Positions 1-10,538 of a stretch of DNA of 36,851 nucleotides are shown in pieces (within the stretch, counting starts at the first letter, position 1; every line of letters starts with the position of its first letter). The notes under the pieces are model-generated. The model saw only the letters and a list, made by a program, of their open reading frames with translations. It was not told the DNA's origin and ran no database searches. The DNA is from Scenedesmus sp. PABB004 (taxonomy: Eukaryota), in contig JABVCE010000008.1 of the NCBI GenBank assembly GCA_014905635.1, positions 1,426,001-1,462,851 on the forward strand, given 5' to 3'. Made by a program: the position numbers and the translations under genes.

Positions 1-1118
1 GCGGGCCGGCAGCGCGATCTCTGGCCGGCCAGCAGCAGCTGGGCCTGAAAAACCCTGCTCCGCGTTCGCGCTGGTACCACAAAACGCCCGGCCGCGCAGT
101 CGCGCGCAGGCACGCCCCCTCTCACGCCGCTACTGCAGCTGGCCGTGCCACCGCCGCCGCAGGTGCTGCTGCGCGGCCACCGCTGCTGACCGACCGCGCA
201 CGGCAGGCGCGGCGCGGCGCGCCGCACAGCGAGCGTGGGTTCAGACATGATTACCATCGTCGCCGCCGGCGCGGCACACGCCGCGCCGCCCACGCCCCAC
301 TTTCTCATTGCCGCCGCCGTCGTCGCCCGCGCCGCGGGGGTCCATGCGTTTGCAGCATCGCGCTCGCGGGCCAGAGGTGGACAAGCTTCGGCGCGGGGGC
401 CCGCTGAGGGCGGGCCGCCCGCGCCCGACGCCGCATGGCGCACGGTGGTGTGGGAACGCGGAGCCTCAAGTGCTGCCGACAGCAGGTGCACGTGCAGAGC
501 GCGCTGCAAAGAGGGCAGCGCTGACGCGCGCGCACGCGCGGGGTGTCGTCCCAGCCTCCCCGCGCACCTCCCTCCGCGGCTGCCGTCGGGTCCGGGTCGC
601 TGACAAGCGCAACGCACGTTGCCGCCCCCTCCCCGCCTGCCTTCCCCCGCCCTCAATGTGTGCGTGGCTCCACCGCAAAGGCATGCCGCGCCGCTCCCCA
701 GGAAGGGGGCGCGGCGCGCAACGAGCAAATAGGCGCCGCCGAACGCTCGGGCCGCGCCGGCCGCCCAGCACACACGGCGTGGGCGGCGGCGGGCCGGCTA
801 GGGCAGCGCGCCCCCGCCACCACATGCGGCGGCGCGGGGGCGGCTGCTGAAGCATCTGCCGGTGCAAGTAATGAGCTGCTGCGTGTGGCCAGCAGCGCTC
901 GCGCGCGGGTCGCCATCCGCAGCTGAAACCATCGACGCGATCGGTTGCTTCCGTCCAACTGCGCCGCGCGCCCGCCTGCGGAGGGCGGGTGGGCGCCGCG
1001 GCGCCCGCTCCAGATCCGGCGCTCACATGGGCCCCTGTTCACGGGCCGCCCGGGCCGCTCGCACGAGCGCGCCCGTGTCCACGGCCGTCGCGCTGGCGGC
1101 CGGTCCGTCGAGTCGAGC

Positions 1119-1640
1119 CTACTTCTCGTGCTCGTGCTTGCCCTGGCTCTTGAAGAGCTCGTCGATCAGGTCATGGTCCGTGAGCGACTTGGTGGCGGGC
1201 GTCCGCTTGTAGGCTGCGCGGGGCGACGCAGCGAGGGATGGCGGCGGGGCGGCAGCGCAGAGAGTGAGGGCGGCGCGCAGCTGCCCGCAGCGGCCCATCA
1301 ACCTGCTGACACGCCGCTGTGGCCGTGGCGCGCGGCGAAGGGCAGCGCCGGCGGCTGCCCTGGCCGCGCCAGCCTGGCCCCGCTGGCGCCAGCTCGGGGC
1401 CGCGCGCGCGTGCAGCGCCGCCGCGCTGTGCAGCCCCGCCGGCACCATCCAGACCGCCCCACCGCGCGGCCCCCCGCCGCGCCGCCCCGCCCGACCGCGC
1501 TCCACGGCGCTGCGCGCACCGGACAGGCCCCGGCTGATTACGTGCGACGCCGCCGGCAGCGCCGCGCGGGCGGCCTCCATGACTTGGGGGGACGCCAGGG
1601 CGCTGCCAAAGTACTTGACGATGAGCAGCTTGTCGCTCAT
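1119..1640 (-). CDS. Small orphan protein, 71 aa, 2 exons (1640-1520, 1213-1119)
   Basis: ATG at 1640, donor G|GTGCGC at 1519, acceptor GCGCAG| at 1214, TAG at 1119-1121. Spliced product MSDKLLIVKYFGSALASPQVMEAARAALPAASHVISRGLSAYKRTPATKSLTDHDLIDELFKSQGKHEHEK has coding-like composition. Family not recognised. Confidence 0.6.
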   Translation of the reverse strand: MSDKLLIVKYFGSALASPQVMEAARAALPAASHVISRGLSGARSAVERGRAGRRGGGPRGGAVWMVPAGLHSAAALHARAAPSWRQRGQAGAARAAAGAALRRAPRPQRRVSRLMGRCGQLRAALTLCAAAPPPSLAASPRAAYKRTPATKSLTDHDLIDELFKSQGKHEHEK

Positions 1641-1791
1641 ATTGACTCGTGGGCGTTGCTGGGCCGACGTGGAAGTCGGGCCTCTCGCGTGCTGCGTGGG
1701 CGTTGGGCTTGGTGTCTCGTGTGGTTGGTCAATCGCAGACTGTTGGCGCGGCGGGGGGCGGGCGGCGACCAACGGGGAGCAGGGAGGATGT

Positions 1792-1796
1792 TTACA
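1792..1796 (-). promoter_or_regulatory. TGTAA polyadenylation signal of the dioxygenase-like ORF
   Basis: Chlorophyte poly(A) signal about 70 nt downstream of the TGA at 1865. Confidence 0.55.
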
Positions 1797-1864
1797 CAGA
1801 ACCTGCTGACCTGGCTTCCGGGCCGCGGCCAGGGCGGCGCGCGCGCTGCCACGAGCCTCAGGCC

Positions 1865-2410
1865 TCAGGTCACCTGCAGCATCTCGCCAAAGGCGGCCTC
1901 CAGGCCGGCGAGCTCCTGCTGCGAGAGCTCAGAGAGCGTGGCGGCGGTGGGCCCCTCCGCCTCGGCGACGAGCGCCTTCTCGATGCACGCGCGCAGGTCG
2001 TCGACCAGCTGCCTGACCGCGGGCGACGCGCCGCTGGTCGGGCACGGCACCCAGCAGCCGCGCAGGCGCAGCGACACGGTGTTGGGCAGCGCAAACATCT
2101 GGTGCTTCGTGAGGAAAGCGGCCTTGGCGCGCATGACCACCGTGCAGCCCGGGTGGATGATGAGGTGCTTGAAGAGCTTCGCGCCGCCGCCGTCGACCTC
2201 CTCCCACACCAGAAACATGGGCGCGCCGGGGCGCGCGGCGTCGCTGTCGATGGACACCACCGTGAGCGTGACCAGCACCTGTCCAGCGGGCTGCTGCAGC
2301 CGCTCCAGCTGCTCCAGCAGCTCCAGCAGCTGCGCCAGCAGGTCGGGGCACTGGTCGGTGTGCGCCCAGCTCGTGGCGCACAGCATCTGCGCGATGGCGC
2401 GCTTGATGCC
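1865..2410 (-). CDS. 2OG-Fe(II) dioxygenase (AlkB-like) catalytic domain; 5' end unresolved or truncated
   Basis: HxD (WAHTD, 2362-2354), strand VLVTLTVV, then HPGCTVVMRAKAAFLTKH (distal His 2104-2102) and TVSLRLRG. This order resembles the AlkB pattern HxD...PG-L-VM...H...SLTFR. In-frame ATG at 2386; TGTAA downstream. Confidence 0.5.
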   Translation of the reverse strand, partial: GIKRAIAQMLCATSWAHTDQCPDLLAQLLELLEQLERLQQPAGQVLVTLTVVSIDSDAARPGAPMFLVWEEVDGGGAKLFKHLIIHPGCTVVMRAKAAFLTKHQMFALPNTVSLRLRGCWVPCPTSGASPAVRQLVDDLRACIEKALVAEAEGPTAATLSELSQQELAGLEAAFGEMLQVT

Positions 2411-2416
2411 GGAGGG

Positions 2417-3070
2417 GGCGCGCTGGAGGAGGTCGGCGGCGTCGACGCGCGCGCCGCGCTCGACGCGATGCAGGCGCAGCAGACAGAGCTGCAGCAGGTT
2501 GCTGAGCAGCAGCAGCTGCTGGACGCGCTGCACATGGCGGAGTGGTTCATCTGCTGCTGCGGGCGCGTGTGGCGCTGCCGCGGGGCCGGCGCCAACTACG
2601 GCGGCCACGCCCGCTGCGAGGACTCGCGGCAGCGCCGCGAATTCATGCGCCGGTGGGGCATGAGCCCTGCAGTCGCGGCCGCGCTGGCGGCGGGCGCGCT
2701 GGAGGGCGGCGGCGTCCACGCGCGCGCCGCGCTCGACGCGATGCAGGCGCAGCAGGCGGAGCTGCAGCAGGTCGCTGAGCAGCAGCAGCTCAAGCAGCAG
2801 CTGCTGGCCGCGCTGCACATGGCGGAGCGGTTTGTCCTGTGCTGCGGGCGCGCGTGGGTGCGCTGCGGCGCCGACGCCAACTACGACGACCACGTCGCCA
2901 ACCGCTGCGAGGACTCGCGGCAGCGCCGCGAGTTCATGCGCCGGTGGGGCATGAGCCCCGCGGTCGCGGCCGCGCTGGCGGCGGGCGCGCCCGAGGGCGG
3001 CGGCGTCTACGCGCGCACCGCGCTCGACGCGATGCAGGCGCAGCAGGCGGAGCTGCAGCAGGTCGCCTGA
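2417..3070 (+). repeat. Coding tandem repeat, ~2.3 units (starts ~2417, ~2693, ~2984), encoding a Gln-rich helix plus CC..C..H..C putative zinc-binding module; possible CDS 2468-3070
   Basis: Direct repeats visible in DNA. Several differences between units are synonymous on the + strand (CCT/CCC, GCA/GCG, GAA/GAG, GTT/GTC, TTC/TTT). TGA at 3068-3070. Confidence 0.65.
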
Positions 3071-3347
3071 GTGTCGCCGTCGCCACACAGCTGGCCGCCC
3101 GCGCGGCGCACGCGGGCGGGCGCGCAGGCCGCTGCGCGCGCGGCAGGGGCGAGACCGGGATGCGGCGTGGCTGACAGCTGCGCGCGGGGCCCGGCGGCGC
3201 CGCGGCTGCGCCGGCGGCGGTCAGCGCGCCGCGCGCGCTGACTTGCCTGCCGGTGCGCGGGCCCCGCCCGGCCCGCCCGGTCGCTGCGAGTTGTATAAGA
3301 GGCGCGGGGTCGGCCGAGACGCCTCCTCGGAGCGCAGCGCCGTCGTT

Positions 3348-3352
3348 TTACA
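3348..3352 (-). promoter_or_regulatory. TGTAA polyadenylation signal of the pTAC3-like gene
   Basis: Lies about 45 nt downstream of the TGA at 3396. Confidence 0.65.
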
Positions 3353-3395
3353 GCCCACGCGCGCCGCGGCGCGCGGTCCAGTTTGCGGCTCCGCC

Positions 3396-6300
3396 TCAGC
3401 TGCCGGCGCCGCCGAGGCGCTTGGGCTCGCCGCTGCTGGCGGGCAGCTGCCTGGGGTCCATTCCCATCTCCTCCAGCAGCTCAGCGCTCAGGGCGGCGCG
3501 CTTGGCGCCGGCGGACGGGCCCATCGCCGCGGCCACGGCCGCCAGCTCCACCTCCGCGTCCAGCTTGCCGCCGGGGCGCATCCGGCCGTCCAGCACGTCG
3601 CTGCCGGCCTGCCGCACCAGCTCCAGCGAGCCTGGGGCGGCGGCGATGCGCGCGCGGCAATAAGCGCGGGCGGCGGGCGTGAGCCGGGGCACCGGGGCAC
3701 GGTGCGGCCGCAGCCTGCGCGCGGCGCGCGCGCCCGGGGGGCTCACCGCTGCGCTGCAGCCGCTCCAGGAACATCTGCTGCATCGCCTCCAGCTGCTGGC
3801 GCTGCTCCTCGGGCAGCGGCTTGAAGTCACCCGTCTCGTCGTCGACGTACTGCGCGCCGCGGCGCCGGCACCCGCCGGTCGGGCCGGGCGGCGCGGCGGC
3901 GCGGCGGCGCGGCGGCGCGGCGGCGCCGGCGGGCGCGGGCGCGCAGGCGCGCGCACCTCCTGCATGAGCGCCTCCGCCGCGCGCTCGGCGCCGTCCATCT
4001 GCTCGCCCATCACCTCCTGCAGCGCCTGCGCGCGCGGCGCGCGACGCGGGCGGCGCGCGGGCGGGCGTCGGGCGCGGGCTCGCGGCGCGCGCGCGCGCGC
4101 GCGCTGCCGGCCGCCGGCGCTGCGGCGGCGCGCTGCGGCCAGCCGCCGGCGCGCTGCCGGGCGCACCTGCATCATCACGTCCCAGTCCGCGTCGGCCTCC
4201 TCCTCCGCCTCGGCCGCCCACTCCTTGTACTCGGGCGTGCCCGGCCACACGAGCTTCCCGCTCGCCTCGTCCAGCATCAGCGGCAGCCCGTGCGCCTCCG
4301 CCTGCTCCAGCAGCCACTCCTGCGCCTCGGGCGACAGGCTGTCGTTGGCCGCGGCCTGCGCGCGGCGGCGGGCGGGCGGGCGGGCGGGCGCAGTGCGCGG
4401 CGGGGCGGGCAGTGGGCGGCGCCGGCGGCAGCAGGCGCGCGCTGCGCGCGCGCAGCCCGCCCCGCCTGCGCCCCCCGCGGGCGCCGCCTGCGGCTCACGT
4501 GCGCCAGCTGCAGCAGCGTCATGGTCTGCGGCGGCGGCGGCGGCGCCTCTGCGCCGTCGCCGCCCTCGCCCTCGCCCTCGCCCTCGCCCGCCGCGGCCGC
4601 CGCCGCCCTGGCGGCGGCCGCCGCCGCGGCCGCCGCCTCTGCCACGCCGCCGTCGTCCTCCGGCGTGAGCAGCACCGAGGGCACCCAGTGCATGTCCTGC
4701 AGGAGCGCCTCGGGCATGTCCAGCAGCTCCGACGCGTCGTCGGGGCTCAGGCCTGCCGGCGGCGGCAGCGGGCACGCGCGTGGGCGCCGCGGACGCGCGC
4801 GCGCGTGAAGCGTGCCCCTGCCCCGGGGCCCGTCCCGCGCCGCCCCGCCCCTGCCGCGGCGCCGCACCTGCGCCGCGGACGAGCGTCTCGGCGAGCATCT
4901 CACGGCGCTGGCCCATCGCGGCGATGCCCTCGTACAGCTCAGCCATGGCGGCCATGGCGGGGTCGTCCAGCGCCTCCTCGTATTCCTCCGCCTCCTCCTC
5001 GCTGGCCGCTGCGCCATCGGCCTCGGCCGCCGCGGGCGCGGCGGCGCCGCCGTCCAGCGGCGTCTCGGCCGCGGCCAGCGCCTGCACGTCGGTGACGGGC
5101 GGCTCCGCCAGCTGCTGCTGCTGCTGCTGCTGCTCCTGCTGCTGCTGATGCTCCTGCTGCGCCGCGTCGTCCGCCTGCCCGCCGTCCTGCTGCCGCTGCA
5201 GCTGGAGTTGCAGGTCCTCGTCCGTGGTGTCCACGCCCGCGCGCTCCAGCAGCGCCGCGTTCTCCATGCCCAGCCGCTGCGGAGGGAGGGAGGGGGGGGG
5301 GGGCGTCAGCACGGGGGGACAGCGCCCTGCACCGGCTGTCGCAGCGCAGCAGCGGGGCGCCGCCCGCGCCCACGCGCGCACGCGCGCACCTCGCCGCGGC
5401 GCGGCTGGCCGCGCAGCGCGGCGCGCAGGCGCGCGAGCAGCGCGTCGGCGGGGCGCAGCCCCGCCGCCTCGGCCGCCTCGAGCACCACGTCGGCCGCGCC
5501 GGGCGCCGCGTAGCGCAGGCACATGTCGGCGAGGGCCTCGTACTGCGCGGCCACCTCGTCGCGCGCCAGCCCCGCGCCGGGCTCGAGCAGCGCCGCGAGC
5601 CGCGGCGCGACCGCCGCGGCGGCGGCGGGGCTGCGCTCCGCCTGCGCGCCCGCGGCGAGCGCGAGCACGTCGGCGGGGCTCGCCGCGCCGCCGAGCACCT
5701 CGGCCACGCGCAGCACGTCGAGCGCGACGTCCATGCCCGCCACCAGGTTGGCCTCGTCGGTGTCGAGCTGCGCCGCCTCGAGGAACTGCAGCTGCGCGTA
5801 GCCCTGGGGCGGGGGTCCCAGCGACGTGCGGCACAGCGCGGCGCGCGCGTCGGCGCCCACCGCGCGGAGCAATCGGGGGGAGCGCGCGCTGCGCCGCGCA
5901 CACGGTCCCCCGCGCGCCGCACCTCCTGCAGCGTCTGCGGGTCGTGCGCGCGCGCCTCGAAGCTCTGCATCTTGCGCCACGCCGCCTCGTCGAGCTCGCC
6001 CTCCTTGGCGCCGCGCCGCGACTCGTCCTCGTCTGCGCGCGCCGGCGGCGGTGGCGGACGCGGCGGCGGCGGCGTGGGCGACGGCGCAGGGGGCGGGCCG
6101 CCGCCGGCGCGCGGCGCGCGCGCGCGCGTGCGCCGCGCGCACCGTCCTCGTCGTCGTCGTCGCCGCTGCCCGGCAGCAGCGTGGCAAAGCCCGACGCCAC
6201 GTCCTCGTCGCCCACGTTCATCACAGCCGCGGTGCCCTGCGCCGGCACAGGCCCGGCGCGGCTGTGCGGCCGCGCGGCGCGGGGCGCCGGCGCGGCGGGG

Positions 6301-9300
6301 CCCCCTGCACCTCTGCGCTGCGCTGCCCTGCCCGGCGCCGCGCCGCGCCGCGCGCGCGGCCACGCACCTCGTCGAGCATGCGCGCCTCCATGACCGCCTC
6401 GAGGTTGACGTCTTTGATCGCCTTGTTGCTGGCGACGCGGAACTGGTCGTCTGCGCGGGGCGGCAGCGGGCGGGGCGGGCGCGCGCGTGCGGGCCCGCGG
6501 CCGTGGGCGGCGCGTGGGCGGCGGCGCGCTGCGCGCACGTGCGCGGGCCCTGGGGCAGCCGCGGCGCGGTCGCTCGCGCGGGTGGCGGCCCCGGGCGCCA
6601 GGCGGCGCACCCATGGTGTCGATGCCGCCGAGCGCCGCGCCATCGAGCAGGAATTGGTCTGCTTCCACCAGCTGCCGCGCGACGGGGCGCGTCTCCACGT
6701 CGCCGCGCTCGTCCAGGCTCTGTGCGGCGCGGCGGCCGCGTGGCCGCGCGGTGGGAGGGCGGGCGCGGGCGGGGACGCCGCGGCGGCCGCAGCGGGCGCG
6801 CGGGCACGCGCGGGCAGGCAACGCAACGGTGCCGTCAGGGGTACAAGGGGTTTCGAATCAGCGCGCGGCCGCATAGCGTAGCGGCCGCGATCATACTGGT
6901 GCCAGTACCAGACATCACGCGGCTGGGCGCGCACGCACGAACGCGCGCAGCGAGCAGCACGCAGCACGCTGCACGCTGCACGCAGCAAGCGCAGACTGCT
7001 GCCAGCGCCGCGCCAGCGTGGCGCCGGCACTCACCCAGAGCTCGGCCTCCCAGCCGCGCGCGCCCTTGCTGGCTTTGGCGGCCGCCGCCTTGGTGGTGGC
7101 CTTCTTCTTGCGGCCCCCGGCGGGCGCGCCCTCGGGCAGCGCCACCTGGGCCTTCAGCACGTTGAAAGGCAGCCGCGCGCGCGCAGCCTGCGGGGGCGCG
7201 GGCCGCGCCGGCGCGGCGGCGTCGGCGGCCGGCCGGCCGCGCGGCCGGCGCGGCGGGCGCCAGCGCGGCGCGCCGCAGCCGCCTCCGGGCGGCGCGGCGC
7301 GCACCTTGAGCGCGGCGGTGAGCTCCGGGCGCTTCATGGCGCCGGGGTCGGCCACGCCGCGCGCCTCGGCCTCGGCGCGCAGCTGCTTCAGCGTGGCCTT
7401 GGCCAGCGGGACCACCAGCCCGTCGTCGCCCACCACGCAGCGCCCGGGGCCGATCGCGACGCCGTTGACGTACCTGCGAGCGGCCGCGGCCGCGCGCGGC
7501 GCTCGGCCGCGCGCGCCGGCCTCCGGGCCCCGCCGCTGCCGCCGCGGGGCGCGACCGGCCCCGGGCGGCCGGTGCCGCGGCGCCCCGCGCCTCCCCGCGC
7601 CGGCCCCGGCGCGGCGCGCACTCGATGTCTGCGGCGAGCATCGCCGCCTCGCTCTCGCGCGCCTCGGCGCGCGTGGCAATGCCCTCCATATGCCCCAGCA
7701 GCCAGCTGCTCAGCAGCGTGCGGCCCTCGGCGTCGCGCGCGAGCGCGCCCGGCGGCAGCCTGCGGCGCGCGGCGGTGGCGGTGTGCGTGCGCGCGTGGGT
7801 GGTGGTGGTGGGGGGGGGGGGGCTGTGGGGGGCTGGCAGGCCAGCGCAGCGCCACAGCAACGGCAACGTCAGCGCAACGGTGCCGTCAGGGGTACAAGGG
7901 GTTTCGAATCAACGCGCGGCCGCATAGCGTAGCGGCCGCAATCATACTGGTGCCAGTACCAGACATCACGCGGCGGGGCGCACACACAGGCAAGACAAGG
8001 TCACCGCAGCTCAGCACGACACGCGCAACGCAGGGGCTGCCGTCAGGGGTACAAGGGGTTTCGAATCAACGCGCGGCCGCATAGCGTAGCAGCCGCGATC
8101 ATACTGGTGCCAGTACCAGACATCACGCGGCAGCCCCCGGGACACGCGGCACGCAGCACGAGGCGCCGCGGCGCTGCGCGCGCGCGCTGTGTGCGGGCGC
8201 GCTGTGCGCGCTGTGCTGCGCCCGGCCCGCACCTGCAGCCGTCCTCGCTCATGAAGACCAGCAGCTGCAGCAGGTCCACCGGCATGTCTGCCGCCGACAG
8301 CAGCCGCAGCAGCGCCGCGAGCGCGCCGCCGTCCATCAGGCGGCAGCCCATCGCGCCTGCGCGGCGGCGGCGCGGCGCGCGGCGGCGCGGCGGCGCGGCG
8401 TCGGCGCGGCTGCGCCGCTGCGCGCGCTCCGCGGCGCGGTGCGGCGGCGCGCGGCGTGGGCCCACCGGCCATGGAGCGCATGCTCTTGAGCGCCGCCATC
8501 GCGCTGCGGGGGTCGCCGAGGTGGATGTGGCCCTCCGCCTCGAGCCGGAACGTGTGCTTGTCCGGCCGCACGCCGCTCTGCACCATGCGCGCGCGCGTCA
8601 TCGTGAAGCTGCGGCGTGGCGCGGCGCGGCGCGCGGCGCGGGGCGCGGGGCGCGGGGCGCGGGGCGTGAGGCGCCGCGCCGCCTGCCTGGCGGCTGGGCC
8701 GGACGGCGCAGCGCGCCCGCGCAGCGTGCCCCCCCCCCCCCCGCCTCACTCGTTGACCAGCTCGTCGCTCGCGGCGGCCTGCGCCTGTGCGAGCTGCGCG
8801 ACGAGGCCGGCGAGCAGGGCGTTGAACGTGCCCGCGTCGCGGCCCCAGCCGCGGCTGCCCGCCGCGTCGACGAGGCCCGCCGCGTCGGGCATGTTGCCGG
8901 CGAGCGCCTCGGCGGCAACGACGTAGTTCACGTGCCGCGCCTCCGGCCGGAAGCCGTAGCGCGCCGACAGGCCCTCCAGCACCTTCAGCGCGGCGTCCTG
9001 CGGGGCGGGGAGGGGCAGGCGCGCGGCGGCGGCGGCGGCGGCGCGGCGGGCGTCAGGCACGCGCGTGCCGCGGCGGCGGGGCCGGGCGGGCGCCGACGCG
9101 CGGGCGCACGCCTGCCCGCCTGCCCCCCTGCCTGCCGGCGCGGCGGCACGGCGCACCATTTCGCCGAGGTCGCACAGCGCCTTCACGTACGCCTCCGCCA
9201 CGTCGGCGTCCAGCGCCAGACCGCCCGCGAGGCCCTCGCGCACCGCCGCCGCCGCGTCGGCCGCAAAGCCCTTGGCCGACAGCAGCCGGCACAGCACCGC

Positions 9301-10538
9301 CCACGGCAGCTGCGCGGGCGCGCCCGTGCCGGCCAGCGCGGCATAGAGCGACTTGGCCACGCCCGGCTCGGGCGGGGAGAGCTCCATGTGGGCAAAGATC
9401 AGCGCAGCGTAGCTCTCAGGCAGCAGCTGCACGCCTGCAGGCCGCGGCGGCGCGGCGCGGCGGCGCAGCGGCAGGGGTGGCGGCGCAGCGGACGCAGCGG
9501 GCGACGTCGGCATCGCGCGGCGCGCGGGGCGCCGCGCGGCCGCGCGCGCGCGCGCGGCCGCGGCCGCGCACCCGCGGCCGTGGCGCGCTGCGTGACGGCG
9601 AGGCCGCCCTGGAGGTCGCCGGCCTTGAGGTGCGCGCAGAGCAGCACGTGGTACGCGCGTGGCCCGGGGGGCAGCCCCGCCGCCGCCATCTGGTCGAACG
9701 CCGCCGCCGCACCGTCGACGTTGCCCGCCAGCGCGGCGGCGTGGATGCGCCTGGCGGGCGCGGCGCGGCGCGTGAGCGGCGGGCGAGGGGGCGGCGGCCG
9801 CACGGCGCGCAGGCGCTGCCGCCGCTGCTCCAGCTGCCCCAGCTGCTGCTCCGCCTGCCGCCGCCGTCGCCCCACCTGTGGAAGGGGAAGCGCCGCCGGT
9901 CCTCCTCGCCCGCGGTCGACGCGGCGGCCTCGGCCCACGACCCGGGGCCCTGCGCGGGCGCGGGCGCGGCGCTGCGGCCGCGCTCGTCATCCTCGTCCTC
10001 GTCCAAGCCCTCCGGCTCCTCCACCCCCGCCGCGGCCAGCTCCTCCAGCTCGGCCTTGGTCTTGCGGCCGCGCTTGCGCGCGGCAGCACCGCCGCCGGCC
10101 TCGCCGGCAGCCTCAGCTGCATCAGGCGCCCCAGCCGCCGGCGCCGGGGCCTCCGGCTCCCCGGCCACGGTCTTGGGCTTGCGGCCGCGCTTCTTGGGCG
10201 CCGCGTCCGCGCCGCCGTCCGACGGCTCGACCGCGCCTGCGCCGCGTGCGCGGCAGGGGCGGCGGGCGGGCTCGGCGCCTGCTGCGCGCTCGCGGCCCTG
10301 CGCCGGCCGTCGGCCTGAAGCCGCCGCGGCGCAGCCCGGGCGCCATCGGCAGCGGCCCCCCGCGCCCCGGCAGCCGCGCGCCGGCCGCCGCTGCTGCCGG
10401 CGGCGACGCACCTGTGCTGCGCCGCGCCCTCGCCACCGGGGCCGCTCGCCGGGCCCCGAGAGCTGCAGGCAGCCGGGATCTGCCGCCCGGCAGGCCCACG
10501 CCCCGCTGGGTGCCGCGGAGCAGCGAGGCCGCCTGCAT
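3396..10538 (-). CDS. PTAC3: pTAC3/PAP1-like plastid protein (PPR-like repeats + SAP domain). 21 exons: 10538-10412, 10236-9876, 9750-9572, 9434-9157, 8997-8750, 8608-8466, 8356-8233, 7759-7622, 7473-7305, 7187-7035, 6719-6611, 6450-6368, 6236-6143, 6032-5923, 5803-5390, 5276-4868, 4752-4499, 4355-4167, 4025-3957, 3849-3747, 3631-3396
   Basis: GT-AG junctions throughout and an Arg/Ala-rich transit peptide. DQMAAAGLPPGPRAYHVLL resembles recalled plant pTAC3 DMIAAGLSPGPRSFHGLV, and RTLLSSWL resembles RTLVSSWI. PPR-like motifs (GVRPDKHTF, DAGTFNALL) and a SAP-like motif (ATLKQLRAEAEARGV...KRPELTAAL). Confidence 0.75.
6831..6923 (-). ncRNA. Intronic box C/D snoRNA-like RNA, copy A (intron 7034-6720)
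   Basis: Minus strand reads GCCG-C-GUGAUGU (box C) ... AUGA (D') - 9-bp hairpin - CUGAUU (C') ... CUGA (box D)-CGGC. Terminal stem present; same sense as host pre-mRNA. Confidence 0.8.
7882..7974 (-). ncRNA. Intronic box C/D snoRNA-like RNA, copy B (intron 8232-7760)
   Basis: Near-identical to copy A. One stem C>U change keeps a G-U pair. Confidence 0.8.
8039..8131 (-). ncRNA. Intronic box C/D snoRNA-like RNA, copy C (intron 8232-7760)
   Basis: Near-identical to copies A and B. A different stem C>U change keeps a G-U pair. Confidence 0.8.

Noticed and set aside
163..189. Possible terminal exon (VLLRGHRC-stop) of a plus-strand gene after an acceptor-like CCGCAG
   Set aside because: Too short, and the upstream exons lie outside the window, so it cannot be supported.
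235..1212. Many overlapping 70-190 aa ORFs
   Set aside because: Arg/Ala/Pro/Gly-rich translations typical of stop-poor GC-rich non-coding DNA, with no motifs.
6831..8131. Triplicated unit as tRNA/SINE (GGTTTCGAATC resembles a T-loop or B box) or CRISPR repeat
   Set aside because: No cloverleaf, A box or TSD. The unit is too long and irregularly spaced for CRISPR. The G-U-preserving changes and C/D boxes indicate a minus-strand RNA.
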